A stretch of DNA of 64,000 nt from Octopus sinensis (Eukaryota), in NCBI RefSeq assembly GCF_006345805.1, contig NC_043009.1, positions 58,032,001 through 58,096,000 of the forward strand, given 5' to 3'. The first letter of the stretch is position 1, and each line of letters begins with the position of its first letter. Shown one piece after another: positions 40,201 to 52,630 of the stretch. The notes beneath the pieces were generated by a model, which was given only the letters and a program-made list of their open reading frames with translations, had not been told where the DNA came from and did no database searches. The position numbers and the translations under genes are program-made.

Positions 40201-42560
40201 GATGGCTGCCCCCTCGTTATTGAGTATAGCCATTGTACAAAGCTTAACTGTTATCGGTGCTGTGATCAAATGTGACTTTTTAGTCCAGATAATGATCTAC
40301 AATGTCTTGTACAGAATTGGCAGATGATTCAAAAATTCATCAAAGTGTTCTCGCCACCTTCGCAGTATTCCTTGTGAATCACGAAGAAGTTCTTTACCAT
40401 CCCTGCTTCGAAGAGGTGTCATCAGAGAAGTCAGTCCGTAAACTTCTCGCAAGGGACCATACAACAGCATTATGTTATTGGAATCCGACGCCGCCTGTAT
40501 CTCATCAGCCTTCTTACTCCACCACGTATCCCTCATCTGAGAGAGCCTCCACCTCACACGTGATTTTACATCCTTGAGTTCCCTATGCAACAACTCCCTC
40601 TCCTGTGGCTGTGCTGACAAATAGCGTGACAAAGTACATCTTTCATGAGCTAATAAATCATCTATATGTTCAACATTTTCTTTAAACCAATCTTGATGCT
40701 TTCTTTGTATCAATCTCAGAACTTTCTTGCCTATATCATAAACTGACTTTTTAAGGGTCGGCCAATCCTCCCCAATATCTGCAGCATTCATTTCCTCTCG
40801 GAAAGTTATCTTCACATTATTACACTTAAGACGATCAACATTCCGTCTTTTAGGCAGGGTAATCCCTGCAGCCCGGATTTTATGTTTTGTAACTAATTTC
40901 ACTTTTGCATGTACTAGGCGGTGTTTAGTCCAGCACTCAGAACACAAAGAACATGAACACACTACCCATCTCGTCTGTCATGCACTCTAACAAGGATGTA
41001 ATCCAGAATATGCCATTCTTTAGATGCAGGGTGTATCCATGTGGTCTTAAACTTATTCTTTTGTTGAAACATGGTATTGGTAACACACAGATGCAGCTGC
41101 TCATACATCTGCAGTAGAAGCATGCCATTACTATTACACTTTCCCACCCCATGCTTTCCATTTACAACCCATGCGTTAACATCCCTACCCACTCTAGTCA
41201 CCCAGTACGATGACTTGGTCTGCCCGAGGAATATATCTTATAATGCCCTTCGAAGCTTGGTAGAAAGAAACTTTTCGTCATCAGTATAGCACATAGTTGG
41301 AGCATACATACTCATCAAGGTCACGTAATTTCCTTTAACCAAAGGAATTCTCATGGACATAGGACACTCGTTAATCCTGATTCGGCATTTTTCCAACTTG
41401 TATACAAGAGTAGTTTTACTCCAGCCTCTCCTTTAACTCTTCATTGCTCCCTTTCCAAAAGAATGTATATTTTCCACAAGATTCTGTAATCTTGTGACCA
41501 TCTCCAGCTAATCTCGTCTCAGATAAAGCAACAATGTCAAGATCATAGCGTCGAAGCTCCTTCGCAACAAGCGCAGTCCTTCGTTCAGAACATTCAGAGG
41601 ACTCGCGGTCAAGCAGCGTCCGTACATTCCAATAGTTCATATTCAATATTTTATTTGATTCTATCACAGTAGCATGATAACGTCCGGGATCAGACTGTGA
41701 TGCTGTGGAGCTCCTGCCAGGCCATCTTTCATCTGATATGGTTCCAGAGTCCTTACTGCCATATACTTTTATACTATTTTGATACATCATTGATTATTTG
41801 CTTTTTAAGCCTACAGCCAGCCATTCCGTTCAGAATCACAGTAATATCAACAATCATGAATTAGTTAATCAATTTAATCAATCAAACAATGTTGTTATCG
41901 TGCAATGCCTCTGCAAGAAATTTTTTAAGTGAGGAAAGGCTGTGCACTCAGTCAATCCCACTCACTAAGCAACAGCAGCCATAATCCGAAAAGAAGAACA
42001 AGTCAACATCATCGGTAACCACTGAGCCGCAGATTTTATGTCGGACTGATCCAAGTTACCTGATCTGCCTTCTCCTAGAAGGATGCTCTAACAAAGGCTA
42101 GGGGTCCTTCACTCCCAATGGTTTAACCGCGCGATCGGGTAGTATTCAGTCTGATTATTTCTATGTCCTCGTGCAAGATATAAAGGAAAAAAAAACCTAA
42201 GATATATAAAAATATTGATATACAAAATATACATAAAATATACGATATGAAGTATATAAAAATATATATAAAAATTATATATAATGAGCAGGCTATAAAA
42301 ATATACAATATATAAAATTAGTGAGAAAAAGGGAGATATGCAGTAAATATATAATTACACGCTCGTATATTGGATGGCCGTTGACTCTCAAGCGTTCTTC
42401 CGCCCTTTGACAGGTCTTATTTTTCATCCCGCAGAGTATCCAATAAACATCCTCCTTACCAAGCAAGCTTGGTGGGGTTGCCGGTTTAGTCGCCGACGGC
42501 CCGACCAGGTGGCAGGTTGTACTGAGTTACATGATACCAGTAGCACTCGAAAGTGACCTG
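40201..42560 (-). mobile_element. RTE-clade LINE copy 1: 5' UTR, AP endonuclease and 3' end; RT domain deleted
   Basis: 5' UTR with ggcgactaaaccggcaacccc...ggatactctgcgggatgaaaaa. APE motifs YWNVRTLLD, DIVALSETR, SVYAPT, HGVGKCNSNG, WIHPASKEWHILDY, WTKHRLV; linker LRRWREHFDEFLN. It then jumps directly to the third zinc finger and 3' UTR, with a (TATG)n-like tail at 40170-40200 and an AT-rich interruption at 42150-42355. Confidence 0.92.
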
Positions 42561-42576
42561 ACATACATACATATAT

Positions 42577-42819
42577 GATGGCTGCCCCCTCGTTATCAAG
42601 TATGGCCATTTCTCGAAGCTTAACTGTTATTGGTGCTGTGGTCGAAAGTGACCTTCTAGCCCAGCTAAAGATCTACAATGTTTTGTACAGAATTGGCAGC
42701 TAAAACCTTTACCGGCAATAGCCGGCTGTAGTTGTAACTGGGCTTCATGTACCTTTGCATGTCGTTTAAGTCCTCCTGCCGAATTAAACTCTCTTCCACA
42801 TACCTGACAGATATGATTA
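42577..42819 (-). mobile_element. RTE-clade LINE copy 2: 5'-truncated stub carrying two C2H2 zinc fingers
   Basis: HICQVCGREFNSAGGLKRHAKVH...SCQFCTKHCRSLAGLEGHFRPQHQ*. The 3' UTR is shared with copies 1 and 3. (TATG)n on both sides. Confidence 0.9.
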
Positions 42820-42949
42820 CATACATACATACATACATACATATATACATACATACATATACACACACATACATACATGCATGCATGCATACATACATAC
42901 ATACATACATACATACATACATTCACACACACACACACACACGCACACT

Positions 42950-43092
42950 GGCTTCTTTCAACTTCCGCCAACCAAATCCACTCACAAGGTTCGAAGCTAT
43001 AGTAGAAGATTTTTGCCCAAGGTGTCACCTAGTGTGTCTGAACCTGGGTCCATTTGGTTGGGAAGCATGTTTATTACCACGCATTTGTGCCT
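42950..43092 (-). mobile_element. SINE family A 5' half
   Basis: Revcomp taggcacaaatgcgtggtaataa...ggacccaggttcagac...tatagcttcgaaccttgtgagtggatttggtt...gaaagaagcc. Confidence 0.75.
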
Positions 43093-43109
43093 ATAGTAAG
43101 AAATTTGTT

Positions 43110-43900
43110 TTAGAGAGTCAGTTTATAAAATTATTCCGTAGAGTGATCTTAATAATGTACGTATTTTGTCATACGGTAACATGTGAGGAATCTTCGGACA
43201 CTGAAGAAATGTGTGAGGCAACGTTTTCTTCGCTCTCCGCACACCTACTGTGTAGCTCCGATTGATAGCGCTTCTGTGCTCGTAGACCTACTCATAAACA
43301 AGTAGTGCCCCTTGAAATACTACCAAACGGACGTTTTGATTTGTTTTTACAAGATATCCATGGGCCTCGATGCAAATATATCTGCAATGAATTATTCAAT
43401 TTCTGTCTCAGCATGTTGTCGTTCAAACTGCAATAGAATGTCACCATATTGCTTCGTCTTGTGTGACAAGTAGTTTCTGAGCGCTTAGAAATATTTCAGA
43501 TACCAAGCGCTCAAACTTGATTTGTGCTAGCCATATCAGTCATAAACATATTTCGTTCGTAAATATGTAAGACTACATTATTTAATGCTTGCATGATTTC
43601 TCAAAACCGCAGGGTGAGACTGATAGTAGATTTTTCTGCTATTGCTTGTAGTGCGATCACCTCATTCAAGATTTTTTGTTGTTTTTGTGGCTAAGAAATT
43701 AGTAACGTTTTCAACATTGTTCGCTTGTAGTTTGGACATTATAAAGACGTTCGCAGTTCAAATGTGGTTTATATAGTTTTTTTTGTTTAAATTTATCACT
43801 ATAATGTAGTTCAAATATAATCGAGATGGCAATTTTGAGAAGGACTGAGAATGCAATAATGAAAGGCTGTTTGATAAGAGAAGGACTGAGGACTCGATGG
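43110..43900 (-). mobile_element. L1/Tx1-like LINE ORF2 C-terminal fragment, degraded
   Basis: Across frameshifts: IFASRPMD...FQGALLVYE*VYEHRSAI...SRCAESEE-TLPHTFLQCPKI, the CxxC..E..H...C motif of L1/Tx1 ORF2. Confidence 0.6.
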
Positions 43901-43928
43901 GGATGCTGCGGTTGGAGAAATCAGTGGA

Positions 43929-44330
43929 TCAACGTGTCTGAGCGTGTCTCGCGCTCCACTGAGATTCAGACAGGTTTGAAGCGGTCATACCACTCTTTGA
44001 TCTGAGTTCTCTCAATAACATCATCGCGAAAGGCCTGCCAAATATTCTTAAAGCTTTGAGCTGAGTACCTCCATGCTTTTGACAAAACTTGATGTAATAT
44101 CTCTCTGACGTGTTCGGTGATCTTGCGTGAAATGGAAAATCCGACGAGCGCACACTACATATCTGCATTCTAAGCGTAATACCCGGAAACTGACACGGCT
44201 CACCGTCGCAAAATTTTCCCACATATTCAGAAAGGGAGAAGTCACGTCCCACGAAAACGATTTTGTTCAGACAATATCAGTGTGGGCAGAAAATTATATG
44301 TCTGATAACATTTTTGAATGCAACTTGTAT
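43929..44330 (-). mobile_element. Mariner 5' fragment (second family): left TIR and HTH start
   Basis: TIR-like TACAAGTTGCATTCAAAAATGTTATCAGAC; ERYYIKFCQKHGGTQ (frameshift) WQAFRDDVIERTQIKEWYDRFK. Confidence 0.75.
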
Positions 44331-44397
44331 TCGATATTCAGAGAATTATTATCAGATCTTCGTAGTTAGTGTATTATTATTATTATTATTATTATTA

Positions 44398-44511
<114 letters not shown>

Positions 44512-44842
44512 GTGGTATCAAATTATAAATCTGAACAAATAAGATACTATAATTTGAGCATTATCAGAATATATTCGTTCAGACATTATTAATATATTTA
44601 ATCGGAAGATTACAATTTTACTGTAGTTTGGATATTATCAATATATTCCAGCTTGATGCAACGGGAACTGTTCTAAGCTGCTGATAAATTTGCTGAAGGC
44701 AACCGCCACAACAATCCTCAAATCAAGCGCTAATGTTTTCGAACACAAGCAAAAGGGAAGTGGAATAATATTATTTTTAAGATCGTTATAGGATGATCAC
44801 GAACCGATTAGCTCTTCTGAATGGTTTGAGCAGGTTCGGTAT

Positions 44843-45053
44843 GAGGAGCTGGCAGAATCGTTAGCACGCCGGGCGAAATGCTTAGCGTTCTGGGTTCAAA
44901 TTCCGCCGAGGTCGACTTTGCCTTTAATCCTTTCGGGGTCGATAAATTAAGTACCAGTTTCGCACTGGGGTCGATGAAATCGACTTAATCCGTTTGTCTG
45001 TCCTTGTTTGTCCCCTCTATGTTTAGCCCCTTGTGGGTAGTAAAGAAATAGGT
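44843..45053 (+). mobile_element. SINE family B monomer
   Basis: gagctggcagaatcgttagcacgccgggcg...gggtagtaaagaaatagg. Confidence 0.9.
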
Positions 45054-45805
45054 ATACAATAACATCGTCAGCAGCAGTAGCAGCCGTCCAAGAATTTGGA
45101 CCTGGAGATCTCCATTTCAAGCGACTTCGAGGGACACCTCCCAGTGGTGTCGTGTGTTAACGAAGAGCCCTCGAGCAAAGGTTTCTTTTTCCAAGGGCCT
45201 CCCGCTCCTAAGCCCTAGACCATCACCTAATCACCCTTACCCGTCTTGTTGCTTAACAACAACAACAACAACATCAGCAACAGTAGCAGTAGTAGCAACG
45301 ATAAGATCAAGTTCAACATAATTTGAAAGCTCTGTAACTTACATTGCAGTGAATTTTCACCTATATTTTAGAGTATCTGTACTTTCCTATCATATCTGTA
45401 TGATATTTAAATGACCCGGATTGTGCGGAATTTTATCTGTTATTCTATAAAAGATTACAGAGAGCAAAGAAGTGAAGAAATTTAGAGAAATAACGGTGAC
45501 CTGTTTGACCTGGCTTTTATTTCAAATGGTTCAGTAACTGCGTCAACGTTTAATATCTCTGTTTTCAGCTTATCGACAAGAAAGCGAGTGATTTTTAACA
45601 CATTTGGCTTTCAGCAACCATATTGGAAAAGTCAATTTAAGATGGCTTTTCAATTTACTTTGTGTGTTCTGGCTTCAAACAATGAAAGTCATATGGAGAA
45701 ATTGTTTTTTGTTCTTGCTATTCTTTACTCCAATGGTCATACCGAAGAATATATGCGTATATATATATATACATACATACATATATATATATTATATATA
45801 TATAT

Positions 45806-47053
45806 TATATAAAAGGGCTTAGTAAAATAAATTACTTTGCCGCATACTGAACTCATTAGAAATAGCAGCTAAAAAACTTTTTTAAAACTATTTCTAATAC
45901 TTAAAGAAAACCTCTCTCATATAGTGTTTGCTCAATTCAACTCACGCAAATATGGGGGTAGAGACATTAAAAAATCAAGTGCAAAGGTTATTTGAGAACG
46001 TACGTTTCAAGATTAGTCAACACGACATTTCTATCATCAGCTCAGAACCCCCTGGTTTGGATTTGAAAACACTGAAAGTGGGAGCATACCCTTTCGGCTT
46101 CCTCTCGCTTCTGAAGATCTGCTCCCAACTAATTTTCAGTGTTTTCAAATCCAAACCAGGGAGTTCTGAGCTGATGATAGAAATGTCGTGTTGACTAATC
46201 TTGAAACGTACGTTCTCAAATAACCTTTGCACTTGATTTTTTTAATGTCTCTACCCCCATATTTGCGTGAGTTGAATTGAGCAAACACTATATGAGAGAG
46301 GTTTTCTTTAAGTATTAGAAATAGTTTTAAAAAAGTTTTTTAGCTTCTATTTCTAATGAGTTCAGTATGCGGCAAAGTAATTTATTTTACTAAGCCCTTT
46401 TATATAATGTATAATTTGAATTCGCCTTAAATGGTCCCTTTGCATACTGAATACTTGGTGAAATTGATTAATTAATTAATTTTACCCTCAATTGTTGAAA
46501 TTATAATTCATCTCTCTCTATATAATGCCGCGGACTTTACCGAAAAAAGCATAGTGTTTACTGATTTAACCCATGCTGGTGGAAAGGGGAGAGCAGAAAT
46601 TCTTCGCTTGCATTTTTGGGTTGTTGGCACTGTTAGTTGGGAGCAGATCTTCAGAAGCGAGAGGAAGCCGAAAGGGTATGCTCCCACTTTCAGTGTTTTC
46701 AAATCCAAACCAGGGAGTTCTGAGCTGATGATAGAATGTCGTGTTGACTAATCTTGAAACGTACGTTCTCAAATAACCTTTGCACTTGATTTTTCAATGT
46801 CTCTACCCCCATATTTGCGTGAGTTGAATTGAGCAAACACTATATGAGAGAGGTTTTCTTTAAGTATTAGAAATAGTTTTAAAAAAGTTTTTTAGCTGCT
46901 ATTTCTAATGAGTTCAGTATGCGGCAAAGTAATTTATTTTACTAAGCCCTTTTATATAATGTAATAATTTGAATTCGCCTTAAATGGTCCCTTTGCATAC
47001 TGAATACTTGGTGAAATTGATTAATTAATTAATTTTACCCTCAATTGTTGAAA
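45806..47053. repeat. Fold-back inverted duplication plus direct duplication of an unclassified ~450-bp element
   Basis: Near-identical inverted arms 45806-46077 and 46134-46407. 46134-46500 is repeated directly at 46689-47053. Confidence 0.95.
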
Positions 47054-47078
47054 TATATATATATATATATTGTATATG

Positions 47079-47110
<32 letters not shown>

Positions 47111-47123
47111 ATATATATGTATG

Positions 47124-47154
<31 letters not shown>

Positions 47155-48750
47155 GTATATATATGTATATATGTGTATATATATATATATATATATACAT
47201 ACGATTATCTGGAAAATGTTAGTGCGAAGAATATGTTGGCTCAACAACTGAACGAACATTGAATTTCCCTACATATTTGCTGGGCCTCATTCAACTATAT
47301 TACACGGGGGAGACGCGTGTGTTTCCGAAGTTATAAACCGGGAGCCACAACAAATTATCTCGTGGTATTCATAATTACATTCTTATCATCGCACCGAATT
47401 CTGTTGCATCGGTCTAACGGTATATTCATTAATTCGTGTAATGCGTATTAGCATCTGAAACATATGCCATAAATATATAAATGGAAAGAGGACGTTTTAT
47501 CTTCATAGAATAAATGAAAAGAAATGCCTTTTAAAAAGCATCATAGCAGCAATCTCTCAGTAAAATTAAACTGAATATGTCATGGCAAGATAGGAAACCG
47601 GTTTCTGATATCATAGGTCGTGGAACTATCCATAGAAATTTCGCTGGATTTTTAATTGAATCAAGACCTACACCAATTAATTCTACAAAAAGGTTAGGGA
47701 AGATATCGCGATCGATTGCGTAAAGAGAAGAAAGAGCTACTGAGATGAAAAATATCCCAATTACTCACACTTCAACGCAAATCAATTGCGCCAGGATGCT
47801 ACGCTCATTGAGTAGAAATATGCTACTCTATATATCAAACTATCTACAAAAAATGCGCAGCAAATAAAAGTATTTACACAGTACATTTTGCCCTTGAGAA
47901 ATTTCTCAAAATCCTGAGCCTCGACCAAAGTAATAACCATATCAGAAACGCCATTACGTAAAATGCTGTAGTGAAAAATATAGACAGATGAAAAACAAGT
48001 CCGAGCTATATTTAAGCAGAATTTTCATTTTTACACCAGCAAGCCACTAAAAGAAAAATACTGTTATGATCCAAATCGATAGAAAGCATATTGGCTTGAT
48101 GTTATCCAGGATCGATCACGTTGCTTAACACCATCCAGCCTGAATTAAATCTCTTTGCCGCTAGATATTGTATGTTTTACTGTATTGTGATGTAATTACC
48201 ATTCTCATTCAGATGGGAGTAATATAGACTGATCGACACGATAGCATACTGCCAAAATAACAAAATGGATTACTTCTCTGTGACAACACATCTTATAATT
48301 GAATACTACCATTACATGCAACGCGAACAATGACTCCACGAACTAACTACATGGCTGCAACTTTATTGTGGCTATCCAAAATCATGTAACCTGCGAACTA
48401 GAAAGCTTGTGAATAATTTCCCTTAGATAGAAATACAGGCAGCAAGTCAAAAGGTGTTTTGGTGTCATAAATTTCAAGAGTACAAGGACTAAAAATCATA
48501 AATTGGATTTAAACATACAAATTTTCAAAGACAATGTTTTAAAATCTTTCTTTTCCTTTTGAATTCTCTAGAATTTTCAGTGCATTTTTTGGAAATGTTT
48601 GCAATACTACCAAATATAGAAATAACCTGATACATGATTATTGCTAGAGTATGGTTATGTTCTAAAACAATAGACGTATAACAGTCTTGATGGCAGTTAC
48701 CTTAACAATAATCATACCTAAAAAAAAAAGTGACACACATTGTAGAAAGC

Positions 48751-48890
48751 AAAAATTACAGGTCCATAACATTAATTTTTATACAGGTGTCTTTATGTCT
48801 TTCACAAGCACTCTATGAAAAAATTACAGGTCCATAAGATTAATTTTTACACAGGTGTCTTGAATGTTTTTCTCCAAGCACTCTATGAAA
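48751..48890 (+). repeat. Tandem duplication of about 69 bp (2 copies)
   Basis: aaaattacaggtccataa...caagcactctatgaaa occurs twice. Confidence 0.9.
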
Positions 48891-49911
48891 CGGTGGGAAG
48901 CAGAACAGATTCTGGGATCGTATAGAACATAATTTTAGTATTGAAACTTTATTTCTAGAAATTAGACAGCATCACCAAACATTACCGCTTGTTTCACAAG
49001 AATACCAGGCAGCGCTATGCTCAGTACCTAGCCAATGAATGCTAAGGTAATTATTGCTAACGAACAAGCTTTAATAATCGAAACCATTGAAAGACTGATA
49101 AACAATCGCATTTTGTTCTCAGTAACAACTGAAGTTACAAACAAATTTAAGTTAACGATGGGAATAATCTGTTTGTCATTCTTCTTATCTTGGCAGTGAA
49201 TTTCTTGTTATCTCGGTTAAGGAAATGCCGAATTTACATACTAGATATGCCAAATATAAAAAAAAACGAGAAAAAAACAGAAAAATATCACCGTCGCGTA
49301 CACTTTATTATTATTGAGAGAGAAAATAATAACTCCCACCCTGTAATGCCTAACAGAAAATGTTGAGCGATGCTTGTTTGGAAGACTACACCCATATCAT
49401 CATCAGGTAACAAAAATTGTTTGCAAAACAACTTCGTTCTCGTAAGACTTATGTTAACAGTTCTTACTACAATGCTGCGCGCAGATGGGATTGTCTTGAC
49501 GCTTAAAGCAAAGAACATCAGAAGTATAATGTATTCACAATAACGGCGAAATATTCCAGTAAAAGCAACACTTTGGTTGCAAATGCAATAAATCTGATTT
49601 AGTTCTAGGAGTTAAAGAACAAAAGAGATCAGCTGCGAAGCAGATGTGAATTTGCCGTGTAAACATGTGGAAAAGGAGAACATCTATGGAGAGCTAATGC
49701 ATACATTGGAAAACATGTATTTTCAGGTGCACAATTTATCATAGTTGCACAGGGGTATTTAGTAACAAATTTAAACAATAACTTATGCATATATGACATA
49801 TGTACGGGAGTGTAGCAGAGTAGTTACAGGAATACACACACACATACACATTCCAAACATTCACACACATTTTATCTCTGTAAATATATCCACCGACATG
49901 CTCTCTCTCTT

Positions 49912-49945
<34 letters not shown>

Positions 49946-50609
49946 TTCTACACACACACACACATATATATATATGCATTAAATTACAAACATTGGAGCT
50001 GTTTGGGCTAAAAAGAAAACCAAAGAATAAAGACAAATCTCACACAAATACATAGATATATAGGTAAAACATACAAACGTATGTATATATATGTTCGTAA
50101 GTATATACGCCCGTATGTATAAAGCGAAGGGTGTGCATTGTTATAGACGTAAAATTTCCTCAGAATATATTTAGAACTCTATCTTCGAAAACAGATTTAT
50201 TTATGACAAGGCATAATGATTTCTTTCACGGGATATTTAACTGATGTTCTAACAGTCGAGCTCCTGGAAATCCCGTGCTAATCTCAGAGGTAGCCGTTAG
50301 TTCCTGCCTATTTATCTACTATTTCAAATAGTTCGCATGCACCGTATAGGAACTTCCTCGATTTATTTTTCTGTCTAGTTAACAATTGAGTAATAAAACA
50401 AGGAAATCAATAACAACACGTCTCACAATTTGCAAATAGAACTTAAGGCAATATGACGTACATATTTTAGTGGAAGTGAATAACAATATATTTGCTGTGA
50501 ATACATTTATTCTATCCAACGGCATTGCTTACGTAAATGAATAAAAATGGCTTCGGAGATTGAAACCACGTGCACAACTTACGATTGCCTTTAGCTTACT
50601 TTATGTACG

Positions 50610-50641
<32 letters not shown>

Positions 50642-51593
50642 TGTATGTATGTATGTATGTATGTATGTATGTATGTATGTATGTATTATTGTATGTATGT
50701 ATATATATATATGTGTGTGTATATATATATATATATGTGTGTATATATATATATATATTTTATTATATACATTATTTATATATATAAGTATATATATATA
50801 TATGTATGTATATATATATATATATAATATATATATATATATACATATATATATTATATATATACATATATATAAATATATATATATAATTATATATATA
50901 TATACATATTGAGCATATATACTTACAAGCTATACTTACAATATATTATATATATATATATATTATATATATATATATATATATAATATATATATATATA
51001 TATAATATATATATATATATTGAGCATATATACTTACAACCTAAATGGCTTTCCTTGATGCAGGCTTTTTTTTTTATATACGTTGCCAATACTCTATAGA
51101 TATTTATTGACAACGTCGTTATTAAGAGCTTATTGCCATAAGGTATATATACGTAACAGCATCATGCCGACGCTCTTCGTTACGTCTGCGTAATACGGAG
51201 AGTAGGTTCCGACTGTATTTCTACACATCTACTCGTTAATTTTCTGTTTATCGGACGATTATCATTATTTATGTAAGAAGCTGATTTTTGCACCATAATT
51301 ATCGGAGCTACATTTGAAAGCATAGCTTCCTCTGTCTGTATTAATTCGCTGATGAAGAGGCCTGAGGAGATGGTTATTTATGTCAAATATGTATTGTCGT
51401 TTTATCTCATATCGCCAGAAACATTGGTGAAAAAAAAAAAAGAAAGATGCGTAATATACTTCTAATTGATTTCAATATCTGTTTCGTAATCTGAATCTCT
51501 GCACCTGCCTACATACATGTCTTCTTCTATATTTGTTTGTATATCTGTTTGTCTCTTTCTCTCTCTCTCTTTACCTATCTATTTATCTATCTT

Positions 51594-51693
<100 letters not shown>

Positions 51694-51716
51694 CCTGTCT
51701 ATCGATCTATCTATCA

Positions 51717-51754
<38 letters not shown>

Positions 51755-51832
51755 TCTATCTAGAAATCTGAATGGCTGTCCGTCTGTGTATGTATGTATG
51801 TATGTATGTATGTATGTATGTATGTATGTATG

Positions 51833-51861
<29 letters not shown>

Positions 51862-51863
<2 letters not shown>

Positions 51864-52630
51864 CAGCGATGCCCTTCTTGACATCCCTCCTTACTTTCTC
51901 ATGTGCAACTCGAGATTTCTCAAAAGTGGCTGTTCCCTCATGCACAATCCTTCTCCACCTGCTACGATCAATAGCTATGCCTTCCCATGTGTCAGGAGAG
52001 ATGCAAGCATCTCTTAAGGAAGCCTTTAGCAAGTCCTTATACCTCTTTTTTGGTTTATGTGGAGGTCGTTCTCCTTTAGCTAACTCTCCATAAAAGAGTT
52101 GTTTTTGGCATCCTTGAATCCTTCATCCTGACCAGATGAGCACTTCATCTGAGCCTTTGCTTTAACACAAGAGCTTCTATACTTTCACACCGAGAGCCTT
52201 CCAATATTTCAAGATCAAGGGAAGGGTCCTCCTTTGATGCTGACATGCTACGTCTGTGCAAGACCCTGCCTCAGTAAAGCTGGACTCAAGTGTCATCTTC
52301 GTAGTCATAAAACGAGACAGATCAGTGACAACCTGACCACTGATGGTGGTGTAACACACCATACTAATCATGTCTGTCGGGCATGTGGAAGAGAGCATGT
52401 AATTCAGCATGTCGGCATGTAATTCGGCAGGAGGACTTAAACGACATGCAAAGGTACATGAAGCCCAGTTACAACTACAACCAGCTATTACCAGTAAAAG
52501 TTTTAGTTGCCAATTTTGTACAAGACATTGTAGATCTTTGGCTGGGCTAAAAAGTCACATTCGATCACAGCACCAGTAACAGTTAAGCTTCGTGCAATGG
52601 CCATACTCGATAACGAGAGGGCAGCCATAA
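51862..52630 (+). mobile_element. RTE-clade LINE copy 3 with 5' inversion (51862-52211 inverted; 52212-52630 forward, three C2H2 fingers)
   Basis: The minus part reads EILEGSRCESIEA...FYGELAKGERPPHKPKKRYKDLLKASL...WEGIAIDRSRWRRIV...KKGIAV. The plus part reads DQGKGPPLMLTCYVCARPCLSKAGLKCHLRSH...CRACGRE...GGLKRHAKVH...CQFCTRHCRSLAGLKSHIRSQHQ*. (TATG)n at 51790-51861 and from 52633. Confidence 0.92.
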
